Made by a program: the position numbers and the translations under genes. A stretch of DNA of 64,000 nt from Cycas panzhihuaensis (lineage: Eukaryota; Plantae; Cycadophyta): the NCBI GenBank assembly GCA_023213395.1, contig CM041465.1, positions 56,799,741 through 56,863,740 on the forward strand, given 5' to 3'. Below, piece by piece: positions 31,101 through 44,399 of the stretch; within the stretch, counting starts at the first letter, position 1; the number at the start of each line of letters is the position of its first letter. The notes beneath the pieces are model-generated. The model was not told the DNA's origin. It did no database searches and worked only from the letters and a program-made list of their open reading frames with translations.

Positions 31101-32787
31101 GAGTTAGGGTTGTGGTAAAAGCAAATTCATCATCAACATAGTTGGCTTCAGAGGATGGTGAGCCTGTTAGATGAAAAAATTTGCCATTAAGAATTCCAGT
31201 CATAACCATAGCATTTGAAGGAGGGTGAATGACATAGAGAGTTTGATTGTTTGCAGTTACACTCAGATCAAATCCATGAAGGACAAGGGTAGACAAGGAG
31301 AGCAGATTCTACTTTAGAGCAAGAATATATAAAACATCAACAAGTGTAAAATCTGGAAGGCCTGGGAGTTTTAGGCAAACAATTCTAAGTCCTTCAACTG
31401 GCTGAGATGATTTATCAGCCATGTGTACAACACCACGAACTTTAGAGTCAAAATCTTGAAAGAACTGGCGATGACAAGTCATGTGTTATGTTGCTCCAGT
31501 ATCCATGATCCACGATGAAGTATTTGAGGTAGCACTATTTGCAACTCTAAGTGGTAAAGGCAAAAGTGAATAAGCATAGCCACGATGAGCCTTAATATAC
31601 TTAGTGGATCTATCAACAACATTTGATGAAGTGGTCCCAATTCTTTGAAGGTGTGCATGAGCAAATTACGTTCCACCAAAAGCATCTTCAAAAGAAGTAT
31701 TATCAACATTATGTGCACCATGGTGTTGTTGATAACTTGGTAGTTTGTTGGTGGCAGTTCTGTAATTTTTGGCATAATGTCCTTTTCTATTACACCTTTG
31801 GCACACGATTGTTTGATTTCCAGTCCAAGTATTGGGCCGATTGGATTGTCTCTGATTACTGGATCTAGGTCTGGGTTGATTATTTTGGCATTAGCCTTGA
31901 GATTATTTTTGTTGGAATTGAGAAGCTTATTGACTAAGAGGACGTTGTCCTTATTGTCTACCTCTTCCTCTTCCATGGGAATTACCACCTCTACAAGAGT
32001 ATTGACCTTGATTTTTGGTGTAACAAATATCTTCTTCCACTTCAAAAGCAGCATCAACTAGATCTAATGTAGTGGCAAAGTTGGTATCAAATGTCTTAAC
32101 AAATTCAATAAACTTACCAGTAAGATCCTCAAAGTTTAGGGTCTTCAAAGTGCCACTAGATTGAAGACTTCCTAATAGATTTTTATAATATGGGATATAG
32201 AGACATGACTGAATCAAGAAAGCCCATGTAATGCATTGAGTTTTAAAATCTTTATCAATGGCTTGCTTGATTGGACGAAAGAGATTGATTATCTCACTTG
32301 CATGTCCTTTCTGTATTTTCAATTTGTTCATCTTCAGTACTAAGTGAACAAATTCTAAGTCTAATTTAATGTCAAAGTTCTTCTTAAGAACTTGAAGAAC
32401 TTTCCATGATATATTATATATAGCTTCATCAATGAGATTATATAGGGAATAATCAGTGACAAGTAGTATCCCTGCACAGATTTTATCATCATCAAGTTCC
32501 CATTGGCGTTTAGCTGCAACTTCAGTGGGAGCAGTTGGAGCACCTCATGATGAAGCAGTTGTGGTAGATGTAGTTGTAACAGGTGCTGCAGCTTCAGTGG
32601 GAGCAGTTGGAGCACCTCCTGATGAAGCAGTTGTGGTAGATGTAGTTGTAACAGGTGGTGTAGGTTGTAAGTGATCTCTCCATAGACCTTTCTACTTTAC
32701 AGCATTTTTGACACCAGTGAACCACATGTCCTAATTTTCTTTCCCTTTTAGAATGTAGTTCACATTTTGCTTGAACTGTGAAGACAT
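28157..32787 (-). pseudogene. Copia A gag-pol (stops and frameshifts)
   Basis: Gag MSSQFKQNVNYILKGKEN*DMW...KGLW; protease WIL..GAT region ~31500; integrase FIDDFTKK...LRTDNGSEY...QQNGVAERMNRT; RT KYKARLVAKGFTQREG and VDDMLITG; RNase H YTDSD...STAKAEY. Confidence 0.93.
32513..32656 (-). repeat. 72-bp tandem duplication inside copia A gag (Thr/Ala/Pro-rich insert)
   Basis: Two units with 2 mismatches, encoding PVTTTSTTTASSGGAPTAPTEAAA. Confidence 0.9.
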
Positions 32788-32950
32788 GGTGTCCTTTTAG
32801 AAGGGAAGAAATGAACAAGGGACTATAAAAGTGATGGTAATAAATGACTGATCACTATTTACAAATGGGAAATGTAATGAAGTAGTGTAGCAGAAGGAAG
32901 AAGAAGTGAGAATGGTTGCTCAAAGATTAAGGGAGCAACTTAGAGAAAAA

Positions 32951-33079
32951 TCACCAACACTTGTGACAAATATTAACCTAACGCAATAGGAATATGAGAA
33001 GCACTATGATAAAAATTGGTCACTAACACTTGTGGCAAATATTAACCTGACGTAGTAGGAATATGAGAAGCACTATGAT
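32951..33079. repeat. ~60-bp direct repeat (69-bp period) in the copia A leader
   Basis: tcaccaacacttgtgacaaatattaacc...gcactatgat occurs twice. Confidence 0.85.
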
Positions 33080-33420
33080 TGTGATTACACTATGGATCAC
33101 TTTTCATAAATAAGTAAGTGATCAATATACAAGATTGTAGGCCAATGTAGAAGCTAACATCATTGGGTTTACATAACTTGAAACTCAAATGCAGGATGTG
33201 TAATCAACCCAATAACCTCTAACTTGTATCCAACATATAGTTGAGGTTGTTGAAGGGATGCCTAGGCTTCTAGTAGAATTAAGTTGGCCTTCACCCGCGA
33301 TACACGTAATTGTACTTGGTGATGAAATCCAAGTCACAACAGAGCCCAGGTACTCCCAATCCTCACCCAGTTCACCAATGAGCAGCTATATACCTCCTTT
33401 AAAGAGTGGTACATGCATAC

Positions 33421-33619
33421 TATAGGATTCTAAAATTCTATCAACCAGCAAAAACACTAAGATCGACAATGGTATCATGAGATACCTTCCACTTCCATTG
33501 ATTAAAAAATACAAAGTACAAAGTTTAAATACTCATAAATCCATGAGTATAATATAAACCGACCACTAATGATGAACCTTATAAGCCGACAAATATGCAT
33601 TACATGTTGTTTTCTAACA
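33421..33619 (-). repeat. Putative 3' LTR of B2 (199 bp), not homologous to the other two LTRs
   Basis: Begins TGTTAG directly after PPT ggggga(g), ends TA (decayed CA) at the CATAC duplication. Confidence 0.65.
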
Positions 33620-36600
33620 CTCCCCCATAATGCACATTTTGAAGAATTCCCAAACCTTCCTTAAGCTTCTAATGCTTGGTCCTTAGTAGAGCCTTTGTAA
33701 ATATATCAACAATTTTATCTTCTATTCTGCAATGTACAAGTTCAATCTGTCCTTCTTGAACCAGCTCTCGAATGTAGTGATGTTTAATCTCAATATGCTT
33801 TGTTCTTGCATGTAAGATTAGATTCTTTGACATTTGAATTGTGTTTTGATTGTCACAATGAATTACCGTAGGATCACTTTGCCTTTGATGTAGATCTTCA
33901 AGTAGTCTTCTAATCCAAACAACTTCTCAACTTACCGCTTCAGCTGCCTTGTATTCTGCTTCTGTTGTGGATAATGATACCGTGGGTTATTTCTTTATGT
34001 TCTAAGATATTGCTGCTGAACCAATGTTGAAGGTATAGCCTGTGATAGATTTCCTATCTTCCATATCATTGGCCCAATCTGCGTCAGAATAGCCAATGAG
34101 GCTGCATTTGTTTGAAGAGTTATAAAAGAGACCATGATCAATTGTTCCCTTAATGTATCTGAGGATCCTCTTAGTAGCATTCCAGTGTTCCTGCTTAGGA
34201 TTTTCCATGAACCTTGAAGTTAGGTTGACAACGTATGTTAGGTCTGGTCTGGTATTAGTGAGATATATGAGATTTCCAATTAGTTGACGATATAGAGTGG
34301 GGTCAACTGCAATGGATTCTTCATGCTTACTTAGCTTTAATCCAACTTTAATGGGAGTGGCATAAGAATTACAATCGCTCATTTTGAATTTCCTTAATAT
34401 ATCCATAGTATATTTACTTTGAGACATATATATTCCACTATTATCCTACCATACTTCAATTCCAAGAAAATAGTATAATTGTCCCAGGTTCGTCATCTCA
34501 AATTCAGAGTTCATATCTCTTTTGAATTCTTGAAGTAACTTATCATCGTTACCAGTGTAAATTAAATCATCAACATACACTCCAACAATCACAATGGAGT
34601 CTTTGAAGATCTTTATGTAAAGATTTGAATCTAAATTACTTCTTTGGAAACCTTTATCCTGAAGATATTTGTCAATCCTTGCATACCAAGCTCTTGGTGC
34701 TTGTTTTAGTCCATATAAAGCCTTTTTGAGTTTACACACCAATTGTTCATGTCCCTTGACTTCAAAACCTTAAGGTTGAGAGACATAAATTTCTTCATCA
34801 ACAAAACCATTGAGAAAGGCTGATTTTACATCCATTTGATAGATCTTCCAACCAAGATGAGTAGCAAGAGATAAGATACACCTAATGGTAGTCATTTTAG
34901 TAACTAGAGTAAAGGTTTCTTCATAATCTATACCTTCTTGTTGAGCATAGCCCTTTGCAACCAATCTTGCATTATACTTGTCAATGGTACCATCTGCTTT
35001 ATATTTAGTCTTATATATCCATTTGGTTCCAATGACATTCTTACCTGGTGGTAATTCAACCACATCCCATGTTTTGTTCTGATTTATGGCATCGATTTCT
35101 GCTTCCATTACTTGAGTCCACTCATTACTTTTTGTAGCTTCCTCAAAAGTTTGAGGTTCATCATTTTGCATCACTTAAGATATTAGAGCATAGTTTACCT
35201 TAGCTTGTGATCTTGTGAATCTTTTGTTAAAGTCACAATCTAGAATATTTTTAGGATTATGACTTCTTGTAAGCCATTTTGGATCCTGTCCCTATTGTTG
35301 ATTTGAACTTAAATCTTTAATCGAGTTTGTATCTGTCTTCCTTTCTAAGGTACCAATCTCAATCAAAATTTCCTTACCTTTATTGTCTTCACCCTTATAT
35401 TCACCATGTTCATCAAAAATAACATCTCTGCTTAGAAAGAAAACCTTTACAATTGGATCATAAAGTCTATAGGCCTTTTGCTCACTTGAATAGCTTATAA
35501 ATATACACTTAATGCTTTTTCTTTCCAACTTTGTTCTTTTCTGATTAGGAATATGGGCGTAAGCAATACAACCAAACACTCTTAAATTGCTTACATCAGG
35601 CCTCTTACCTGTCCATGCTTCTTCTAGAGTCATGTCCTTCAATGCTTTGGTTGGACTTCTATTTAGTAAATATACGGTAGTATTTATTGCTTCACCCCAA
35701 AAAGAGTCATTTAATTTTTTACCCTTCAGCATACTTCTTGCCATTTCCGTAACCATCCTTATTTTCCTTTTAGCCACACCATTTTGCTGGGGAGTATAAG
35801 GAGTTGTAAATTGTCTTCTTATTCTGACTTTACTGTAGAAACCCTTAAAGTCATTGGAGATAAATTCTCCCCCATTATCTAAACGAAGGACTTTTATTCT
35901 GAATCCACTTTGTCTTTCAAACATAGCTCTGAATTCTACAAATTTCAAGAATGTTTCTTATTTTTCCTTAAGAAAGTAAACCCAAATCTTTCTTGTGAAA
36001 TCATCAACCAAAATCATGAAATATCTTGCTTTTCCATGTGATGCATTCTTCATGGGCCCACATAAATCAACATGAACTAATTCCAATGGAGCTTGAGTTT
36101 GAAAGCTAGATTCGAGGAAACTGTTTTTATGATGTTTTCCAAAAATACATCCTTCACAAACATCATTGTTGCTTTGAATAAAGGGAAGACCACTAACCAT
36201 GCCTTTATTTCTTAGGTTGATAAGGTTTCCATAGTTCAAGTGTCTATAATGAAGATGCCATAGAATACTATCGTTATTACTGATACATTCAAAGCAACAT
36301 TTTAGAAACATAAGTCTAATTTGAACAATCTGTCTTTAGTTATTTTTCCCTTAGCAATCAAAGAAAATTTTCTTTTCTTATCATAAATCTTGCATTCCCC
36401 ATCATCAAATACTAACATGTATCTTTGTTCCATCATTTGCCCTACTGACAATAGATTTTTCTTTAATCCTGGAACAAGTAGAACATTGTGGATATCTTTG
36501 TTTTCTTTGTCATTTGTTTTAATGGAGACCGTTCCCCTTCCTTGAACTTCTTAGGTATTGTCATCTCCAAATATAACTTTCCCTTTCTGATCCTTATCAA

Positions 36601-37704
36601 TTTCTGAAAAAGATTCAATATTGTAAGTCATATGTGTTGAGCATCCAGAGTCAATAAACCATTCATCATTTGTCAATGAATTTTCCATTAAACTAGTATA
36701 GAATAAACTCTCACCCTTAGAAGAGTTATCTTGAGTATCTATAATTATGTTTGCTGAATAGCAGTTTCTAACCAAATGTCCAAATTTTCCACATCGATGG
36801 CATTGAGGACCATAACCCCTGCCCCTTCCTTGAGACATACCTCTACCTAAAGATGAAGAATTCCAACTTGATCTTGTAGAATTCCAACCTCTTCCTTGAC
36901 TTGGCCTTGTAGAATTCCATCCTCTTCCTTGATTAGAACCTGACAAATTCCAGTTTCTTCCTTGATTAGATCCTCTTGACCTTCCTCTTGAGAACTGAAG
37001 ATTTCATTGTACATTTGCTTCTTGAGATCGATTCAACCTTAAGTTAGAAGTTGATGCAAAAGCTTGATCTAAATTTTTATTTGTAACCTTGCTTTTATAT
37101 TTCTCTTCCACATTAAGTAATATGGACAACAATTGATCAACTTTTAAGGTTGACAAGTCCTTGGTTACTTCAATGGTAGTTGCAATGTTTTCAAATTTAC
37201 TAATTTCACTCACACTTATTAGTATTTTCTCAACCATTCTCTGTTCAGAGATTTGTTCTCCCAAGTAAACCATTTGATTAACTAGATCTTGCATCTTTAT
37301 GAAAATTCATTGATTTAATCTGAAGGCATCATCCTTAGATTTTCATAGTTTAATCTCAGATTCTAAAGTCTTTGAGGTATAGCCCCTTCATAACCAATTT
37401 TTAATATGTTCCAGGCTTCATAGGAGGTAGATGCTTCATATATGCAAGGGAAAATTTGCTCAGTTACAAACATATATATAATTGAAAGAGCATCACTATC
37501 CTTCCTTAATAATTCTTCCTTTTCTAACTCTTGATCAGAAGTTAATTTCATACTAGGAAAAGTTGGTTGAGGAAGATTAAAACCATGAGCAACAATGTTC
37601 CACAAACCCTTTGATTGTAAGATGACTTGAATTTGTCTTGACCATGGAAGATAGTCAGAACCATTGAATTTTGGCAAAGATTGCTCAATTTGATATGCTG
37701 CCAT
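33620..37704 (-). pseudogene. Copia B2 gag-pol (stops and frameshifts)
   Basis: Gag LPKFNGSDYLPW...KGLW; zinc knuckle CHRCGKFGHLVRNC; protease WFIDSGCSTHM; GAG-pre-integrase LWHLHYRHLN; integrase VHVDLCGP, DNGGEF; RT YQMDVKSAFLNG, YVDDLI; RNase H YSDADWA, KHIEIKHHYIRE. Confidence 0.95.
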
Positions 37705-39301
37705 AGTCTCTTACTTCCTAAACCCTAAAGGTAGTTAATGATAGTCTATTAAAAAGGAAGGACACTAAGAGGGGGATAGGCATATTATAAGAAATTTTGT
37801 CTGAGATTATATAAACACAAGATTGGATTTCAAAATAATGTCAAGACCAATCAAAGAATCAATTCAGCATATTTCAAGGCTTAAATGAAAACAGACAAAA
37901 TACACCTTAAACAATACTCTTGATAATAATACTTAAAGAAAAGTGAAATGAAAACACTCAATATAGTGGTTTGAATTATATCAAATGGTTGAGTTATATT
38001 AAAGGCTCACAAATCAAAAATAGGGTCGACGCAATCAAAAGTGAATATGTCAAAATGATTAAATATCATCAAGCGAGGTTGTAATATGCAAAAAGAACAA
38101 TATCAACACACAAATTAGTTCAATGCATTATCATGAATGAAATCGCATTCACACATGACTTTAAAAGGATGAGCAGTTGAATTGTTATAACGAATAGCCG
38201 GCGATCAACATGGGCAACTCGATATATAGCATAATCATATCAACAGACAAGCATAGAAACCATACGACTGAACATAACTAGTGATCAAAACACAAGTGCA
38301 AAGCACACCATTTGGGCTGGAACAATTAGGCGATCTTACAAATACGATCGCCTAATATCACAAGCAAAATAATCACGTAGGGCAGCAAATAACGCAAACG
38401 GCAAAATGGCTATGCATATGTGTATAGGGGTGACTGAACAGTTAGTGTAAAAATAGAACAGAGATGACCAATCAATAGAATTTAACCATCAGCGATCGAA
38501 AAACAATGGATTTAAGCACCTTCAAATGGTGGTTTTTGAATTTTTTAATCTGCTAGGGTTCACGTTGGATTTTGGCAGACCGATACCATCCTGAGATGAC
38601 AACAAGATAGAGGGTGGCATAGATTTAATCAACAACAACCCAGCGAATAATCAATTAATGTAGTAATCCAGGCAAGTAATGAAACGACGAGTTAGACAGC
38701 ATAACAGGAATCGTAGTAACACAGATTGAATTGACGACTTTCGTTATATGGAAGATGCAAATACACTGATTATACAACAATGCAAGGACCCGTAGATATC
38801 ACACAAATCAGTGGCTGAAATAATATGACTGCAGATAGGTTCATGTAGATCGAGTCATGGTGATGCAAGTTCAGACAGAATGGAGATTTAATGAAGGTAC
38901 TTCGAGGCGCAACCAGGATTCAACAGGGTAATGAAAATAGTGACAGTGATAGCTAATATCTAAATATTTATTATTGTTATAGGCAGAAATAATTGACTCA
39001 ATACCACAGACACAACTCATAGACTTCAGATAATCTCAGCATATAGGTAAACAAATACAGAGTCGAAACAAAGTAAAAAATAAGGAAAAATAAAACAAGA
39101 GCTAATAAACTAAGGTACCTTGATAGGGCAGGAGTAGAGAAGCACTGGCAGAAGTGATAGATCTCAACCTCAATGCACAAACGCCTCCTTCGACTCGCAG
39201 AAGCGACAGAGCTTAACCTCAATGCACAAATGCCTCCTTCGATCAAATTCTAAATGCAATATTGTAGAAGAAGAAATACTTCAAACCTCGCTCTGATACC
39301 A

Positions 39302-39523
39302 TGTTGGAAAATAGAACCTGCAATAAGATAATCACAAATAAAAATAAACACCTCCATAGGATCAAATAATACCCTTAAGTTACCTCAAATTATATTAACA
39401 AAACATCCTTACAACAACTACAATATGATAAACTATGTTGTGTATTTATAATACATGTCAATATAGTGAGAGTAGAACCCACTTGCATGTGGGACAAAAT
39501 AAATGTGCATTAATATTCCAACA
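39302..39523 (-). repeat. Shared central LTR (3' LTR of B1, 5' LTR of B2)
   Basis: 222 bp, TGTTGG...CCAACA, 11 mismatches to 41952-42173. PPT on one side, Met PBS (39290-39301) on the other. Confidence 0.95.
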
Positions 39524-39546
39524 CTCCCCCTTAATGCACATTTGGA

Positions 39547-40701
39547 TCATTTGTACTTGTAATGCCTTGTCCTTGGAAGTGTCTTAAAAATGATGTCTTC
39601 AACTTGATCCTTGTCTTCAAACTTGTAGTGATGTCTTTGCTGTAGAATGATGTCTTTATCTTGATTTGCATCTTCAATTATATACTGATGTCTTTGTAGG
39701 ATGATATCCTCAACTTGATTTCTGTCTTCAATCTTATAGTGATGATGTTGATGTAGCAGCTCTAGCAAGTGTAAATCATGATTCTTCATTATGCCTGGTC
39801 TAGTTTGATTTTGATGTAGATCTTGTAAATAACCATCTTTAATCACAACTTGCATGTCATCATTATCCTATATAAACTCTTGATCACCATGTACAATAGT
39901 GATTTCTTCAATCTTTGGAGCAGGATCTTGATCAACTAGCATACTCTTTGAAATTGAATCAATGCTCAAAGTAGGAACATCATTCAAACTTGAATCAATA
40001 CTTAAAGTAGGAATATCATCAACATAAGACTCATCCTTTATAGAACCATCAGATTCATATTCAATCTCTTTTGAAATCATGGTATCATTTATATAAACCT
40101 TTATCAACTCATCACTTTCAATGTCTTCATTAGTAGTTGTAGTCTTATTAATGCATTTAACTATCGCTTCCTTACATTCAATAGAAATTTCATTAGTACT
40201 CATACATTCTTCATGTGGACATGTTGTTTCATTAGTATTATTGATATTTTCTTCATTTATTGTACCCATACCATAACCATAACTGGCCTTAATTACCTTT
40301 CCAATCATTTGTTGTGTCTCTTTAGGAGTTTGTTCAAATACTTCCCTTAGAAAATCCCAAGCTTCTTTAGCATTATTTGTATGTAGAATCATAGGAATGA
40401 CAAAATGGAATTTGGAAGGAAGATCAACCTCATTGAATGCAGCACGAATCATAATGAATACTTTTCTATCTTTCTTCTCAAGCATTTCCTTTTCTTCTTC
40501 ATCCTTAGGGATATCATATTCATTAGTAACAATCTTTCATAAACCTTTAGCTATGAATAAACATCTCATTTTAATTGTCCAAAAGAAGTAGTCTTCACCA
40601 TTACACTTAGGTATTGGAAGAAACGAATCCTTTAAGTAATATTCATTTGTTTCAGGAGTATATATAACCGCATCATTATCCTCCATGATTGTAAATGCCA
40701 T
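39547..40701 (-). pseudogene. B1 single ORF: copia Gag N-terminus fused to an acidic linker and RNase H-tail-derived repeats (two premature stops)
   Basis: In-frame 385 codons: IPKCNGEDYFFWTIKMRCLFIAKGL*KIV...AKEAWDFL...; ends with three H/Q-Y-x-I/F-ED-x-N/D-Q-x-E/K-DII repeats and FKTLPRTRH. Confidence 0.75.
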
Positions 40702-41951
40702 TTTCTAATACCATGTCCCTTTTCCAATCAACAAATTCACCCATCAATCTCAATAAACTTTCTCATGTCCCATGTCCCTCATATCACCAACTTCATCATC
40801 ACATCATTGCCTTATGCATCTCATATATTGCCAAATAGTCACATACAAAGAATATCTGAAACACTTTCTTCACCATAGAATCAAAGCTTATACCACATAT
40901 ATTTCATAGGAATCATGCATACCTCATGTCACCATTAAATCGCTAAGACACATCACACTTCACTTAATTGCCTAAAACACAACTCATGCCACAACACCAC
41001 TCAACAAAGTTTGTTTCCCTATAACTCATGTATCTTCAATAAAAGAAACTTATCTTTCTTTACCCATTCAATCAATTAGAACACATCATCAAACGTGCTT
41101 AATCTCATCCTTAACACACCTAATAATTACCTAATCTTGTCATGTAACCTCACATGCAACATGCACCTCATTGCCTCAAATCATTATCTTTCTTGCCCTC
41201 AAATTAGCTTTGTTATGCCTATCAAGTCCCTTCACATAAATCACATTCCACGGGGCACTTAATTATCATATTCCATCCAACTCATTCATGCAAACACATG
41301 TACTATCACTTCATTACCATACTATATCATCATCACAATAGCTCTCTCATACAAATACATGTAAGAAAGCATTCAAATTATCATTAAACAATCATCATCA
41401 TGCATCTCAAATCACTAATAGAGTGCCAAATATATTCACATCAACATGACTTAGTGTCATCTCACATTGCAACAATACTCTCCCATGCACAACATACATA
41501 AGAGAGCCTCAAACAATCACTTCATTACCATTGCCTCATTCATGTCACCATATCAATATGAAACCTTTAAATTTTTAAAAACTTATTTTTGAAAAGAGTA
41601 TAGCTCAAAAATACATAAAATATGGATGGAAATGATGGCCTCTAAAATATGATTCCAATGGTTCAGACGAAATTAAATTCTGTAGCCAAAGTTATGGCTC
41701 TTTGAAGTTGAGGTTGCAGATCTGTCCCAAAAATATGGTGACGAAAAAATAACAGGCCGAAATTAATTTTACTGCAATTTTTATATTTTCACCCCAAAAT
41801 CTATAACGCGATGACTTAAATTTTATAGAACGGGCTATTTTGTCTCAATTTCGCCAATACTTTTTAGAAATTTCAACGTTATGGCACCTCTTAAATCATT
41901 GCTCTAATACTAAACAAAAATATCTCTCTCAACCTGGGTGCTCTGATACCA

Positions 41952-42173
41952 TGTTGGAAAATAGAACCTGCAATAAGATAATCACAAACAGAAATAAACA
42001 CCTCCACAGGATCGAATGGTACCCTTAAGGTACCTCAAATTATATTAACAAAACATCTTTACAACAACTACAATATGATAAACTATGTTGTGTATTTATA
42101 ATACATGTCAATATAGTGAGAGTGGAACCCACTTGTATGTGGGACAAAATAAATGTGCATTAATATTCTAACA
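41952..42173 (-). repeat. 5' LTR of B1
   Basis: About 95% identical to 39302-39523; PBS at 41940-41951. Confidence 0.95.
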
Positions 42174-42735
42174 CATACCCATGGTTATGACGGATATTGG
42201 ATAAGGTATATTTTAATCTTGTATTAAAGTTTCAGTTTTCCCAGTTGGTTATCAGGATGATCCCTGATTGAGGCACGATGGTATGGCTAACCAAACCTCA
42301 CCAATATTCTGGTTTAGTCCAGTCCCAACTTGAAACCCACACCTCCTTTATGGCATGGCATTCTACCAACCAAGGTATCTCAACCTTGGCAAGTATGTAA
42401 ACAGGTACAAGATGGTGGAAAATAGTGTATGTGATACGTTCCTTTTAGAAAAAGAAAAAAGATTATCGAATTGCATCAAACGTGCATTTAACTGAAAGTA
42501 GAATGCTTGCTTGGAGTGTTTTTGGAGTGCTTGCTTGGAGTGCTTTCTTGAAGTGTCTTTAAAGTGCTGAAATGAAATGCTAATAAGTAAGTGAGGACAC
42601 TAGATATTCCTCTGATCTAGGTGTTTTTTCTCACTTTCACAATGGGCTTTTAAGCCTTATAAAAAGAAGAAAGAAATTTTCTTACACTTTTTTTTTTTGT
42701 TAATACAAAAAAAATAGTCTTCACTAAATCAGCGT

Positions 42736-43090
42736 TAACTTTCTCCCACGATGTCAAAATGGAGTGCCAGTTTTTGTGCTACAAACTAGACTCAGAGCTT
42801 CATCTTCAAGAAGTGGAACCAGATCCAAATGAGTTCTGAAAAGTTTTTTTTTATAGCCCTGCAAAGTCAGGAAATTATATTTTTCTAGAATTCTTACTAA
42901 AAATAATTATTATTCACTAAAATAACAATAACTTCCTTATACGACATCCAATTATATGCTAATTTTTGTGCTGGAAAGTAGACTTAGAGACCCATCTTTA
43001 ATAATTAGAATCACTTCAATTGGATCTCTATAGAAGATTTTGCAAACCTGTGAAGTTTAGCAATCAAATTATATTTCTGTAGAAATTTTA
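42736..43090. repeat. Diverged ~193-bp tandem repeat in the copia A 5' leader
   Basis: taactt...tttttgtgct..aa.tagact.agag...aaattatattt occurs twice (42736 and 42929). Confidence 0.6.
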
Positions 43091-43576
43091 GCTTGCTAAT
43101 ATCTCATTAACACATGATACCATATGAAATTTCCATCATTTTTTGATCACTAGGATCCCAATATAGGTAAGGTGAGAGAATACAATGATAGATATTTTAA
43201 ATGGCTCGAAATTCTTTAAAAAAAATGGGTAAAACGTCCCCTTACAATCATTCTTCTAAATCTTTGGAAATATTTGTGATATTTTCCCTTGTTAAATGGA
43301 CAAAAAAGGGAAAAGAAAAAGAAGAATGAGATAGCATGAATGGATAGCAAAGGATTGGAATTCCTAGGCCTTACAACTCCTTATATTGTGCTTCCAAACC
43401 TGCAAAAGAGAAAGGAAAAGTAAACAATACAAAATATGCTATCATAATAACTTGAAAATATTTCTAAATTCACTTTCACAATCTCCTTCACCACATGGAT
43501 TATGGGGGAGAAGGAAGTGATGGCTCCATTATAAGTACAAGTGGGGAATATGAAGGAAGCAAGCTTTAATACCACA

Positions 43577-43874
43577 TGTAAAGAGTGGATCTATCCTTCA
43601 TCTCCATGCACTAAACACAAAGGCAAACATGGGAGCAAGAGAGACTTGAGAGAAAGAAAGTAGCTCTCATAAAATGGGGAGGCAAGAATAAATCTCCTCC
43701 ATTGAGATTTTACTATTATATTGAGAGAGGGAGCATTAGAGTTAGGTGAAATGAAATTACACATAATGTACATGAAAGTGCATTTCACTTAAGTGATCTA
43801 ATTTAAAGTTCACTTAAGACCCTTTTTCGAAATAATCAACTAATGAAATGACCTTATGTCATTAACCCTTTTCA
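43577..43874 (-). repeat. Copia A 5' LTR
   Basis: TG...CA termini, adjacent decayed PBS. Confidence 0.9.
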
Positions 43875-44399
43875 ATTAGGTCTTATGGCTTAGGAGTTTC
43901 TTGGGGTAAATTAGGGTGATAGTTGCAGATGAGTTGGTTGGAATGGTAGGTGAGCCAGGCCTACTAAAAATAAGATACCTTATGGGGTCGAAAGGATAAG
44001 GCTCCACTCAAGGGTTCTTGATAGGCTCCTACTAGGGCTGAGATAGATGAAGGGCTCTTTAAGAAGGAACAAAAAGGGGGGGGGGGAGGAATATCTACAT
44101 GAGATGGTTCCCCTTAGGTTTAAGAGATGATGACCACCTATTATGTAGGAGGATTAGGACCTTCAACATTTGATTCTAAGTTACTGAGAATGATGTGGTA
44201 TCCATAGTTATCTACCCTAATTAGGGCAAAATAAGTTATGTTTTGTCAAGGTGGAAGGGGTCATCATTAAAGTAGGGGCTTAGACCTTAAACGAAGGCCA
44301 TAAGGAAAGGATCTAACTCTATGGTTTTATCATCTTCAACATTGAAAATAGGATGTATAATATATTAGGAGGATCAAAAGAGAGGTGGTTCTTATATGA

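Larger units (their letters stand above)
33421..42173 (-). mobile_element. Composite three-LTR copia insertion B (non-autonomous unit B1 plus autonomous-type unit B2)
   Basis: CATAC at 33416-33420 and 42174-42178. LTRs at 41952-42173 and 39302-39523 are each followed by TGGTATCAGAGC. PPTs at 39524-39532 and 33620-33626. Confidence 0.8.
27424..43874 (-). mobile_element. Ty1/copia element A (full length, mutated), carrying nested composite B in its 5' leader
   Basis: LTRs ~27424-27714 and 43577-43874 (14 mismatches over ~290 bp). PPT 27715-27725. Decayed Met PBS tggtattaaagc at 43563-43574. Domain order gag-PR-INT-RT-RH. No clear TSD. Confidence 0.9.

Noticed and set aside
33470-33486. Plus-strand PBS-like tggtatcatgag
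   Set aside because: Part of a small palindrome (ggtatc-atga-gatacc) inside LTRc, with no adjacent plus-strand LTR end.
27431-43788. Duplicated 60-65 aa ORF (MCNFISPNSNAPSLN...)
   Set aside because: Lies within the two copia A LTRs, so the duplication is explained by the LTRs.
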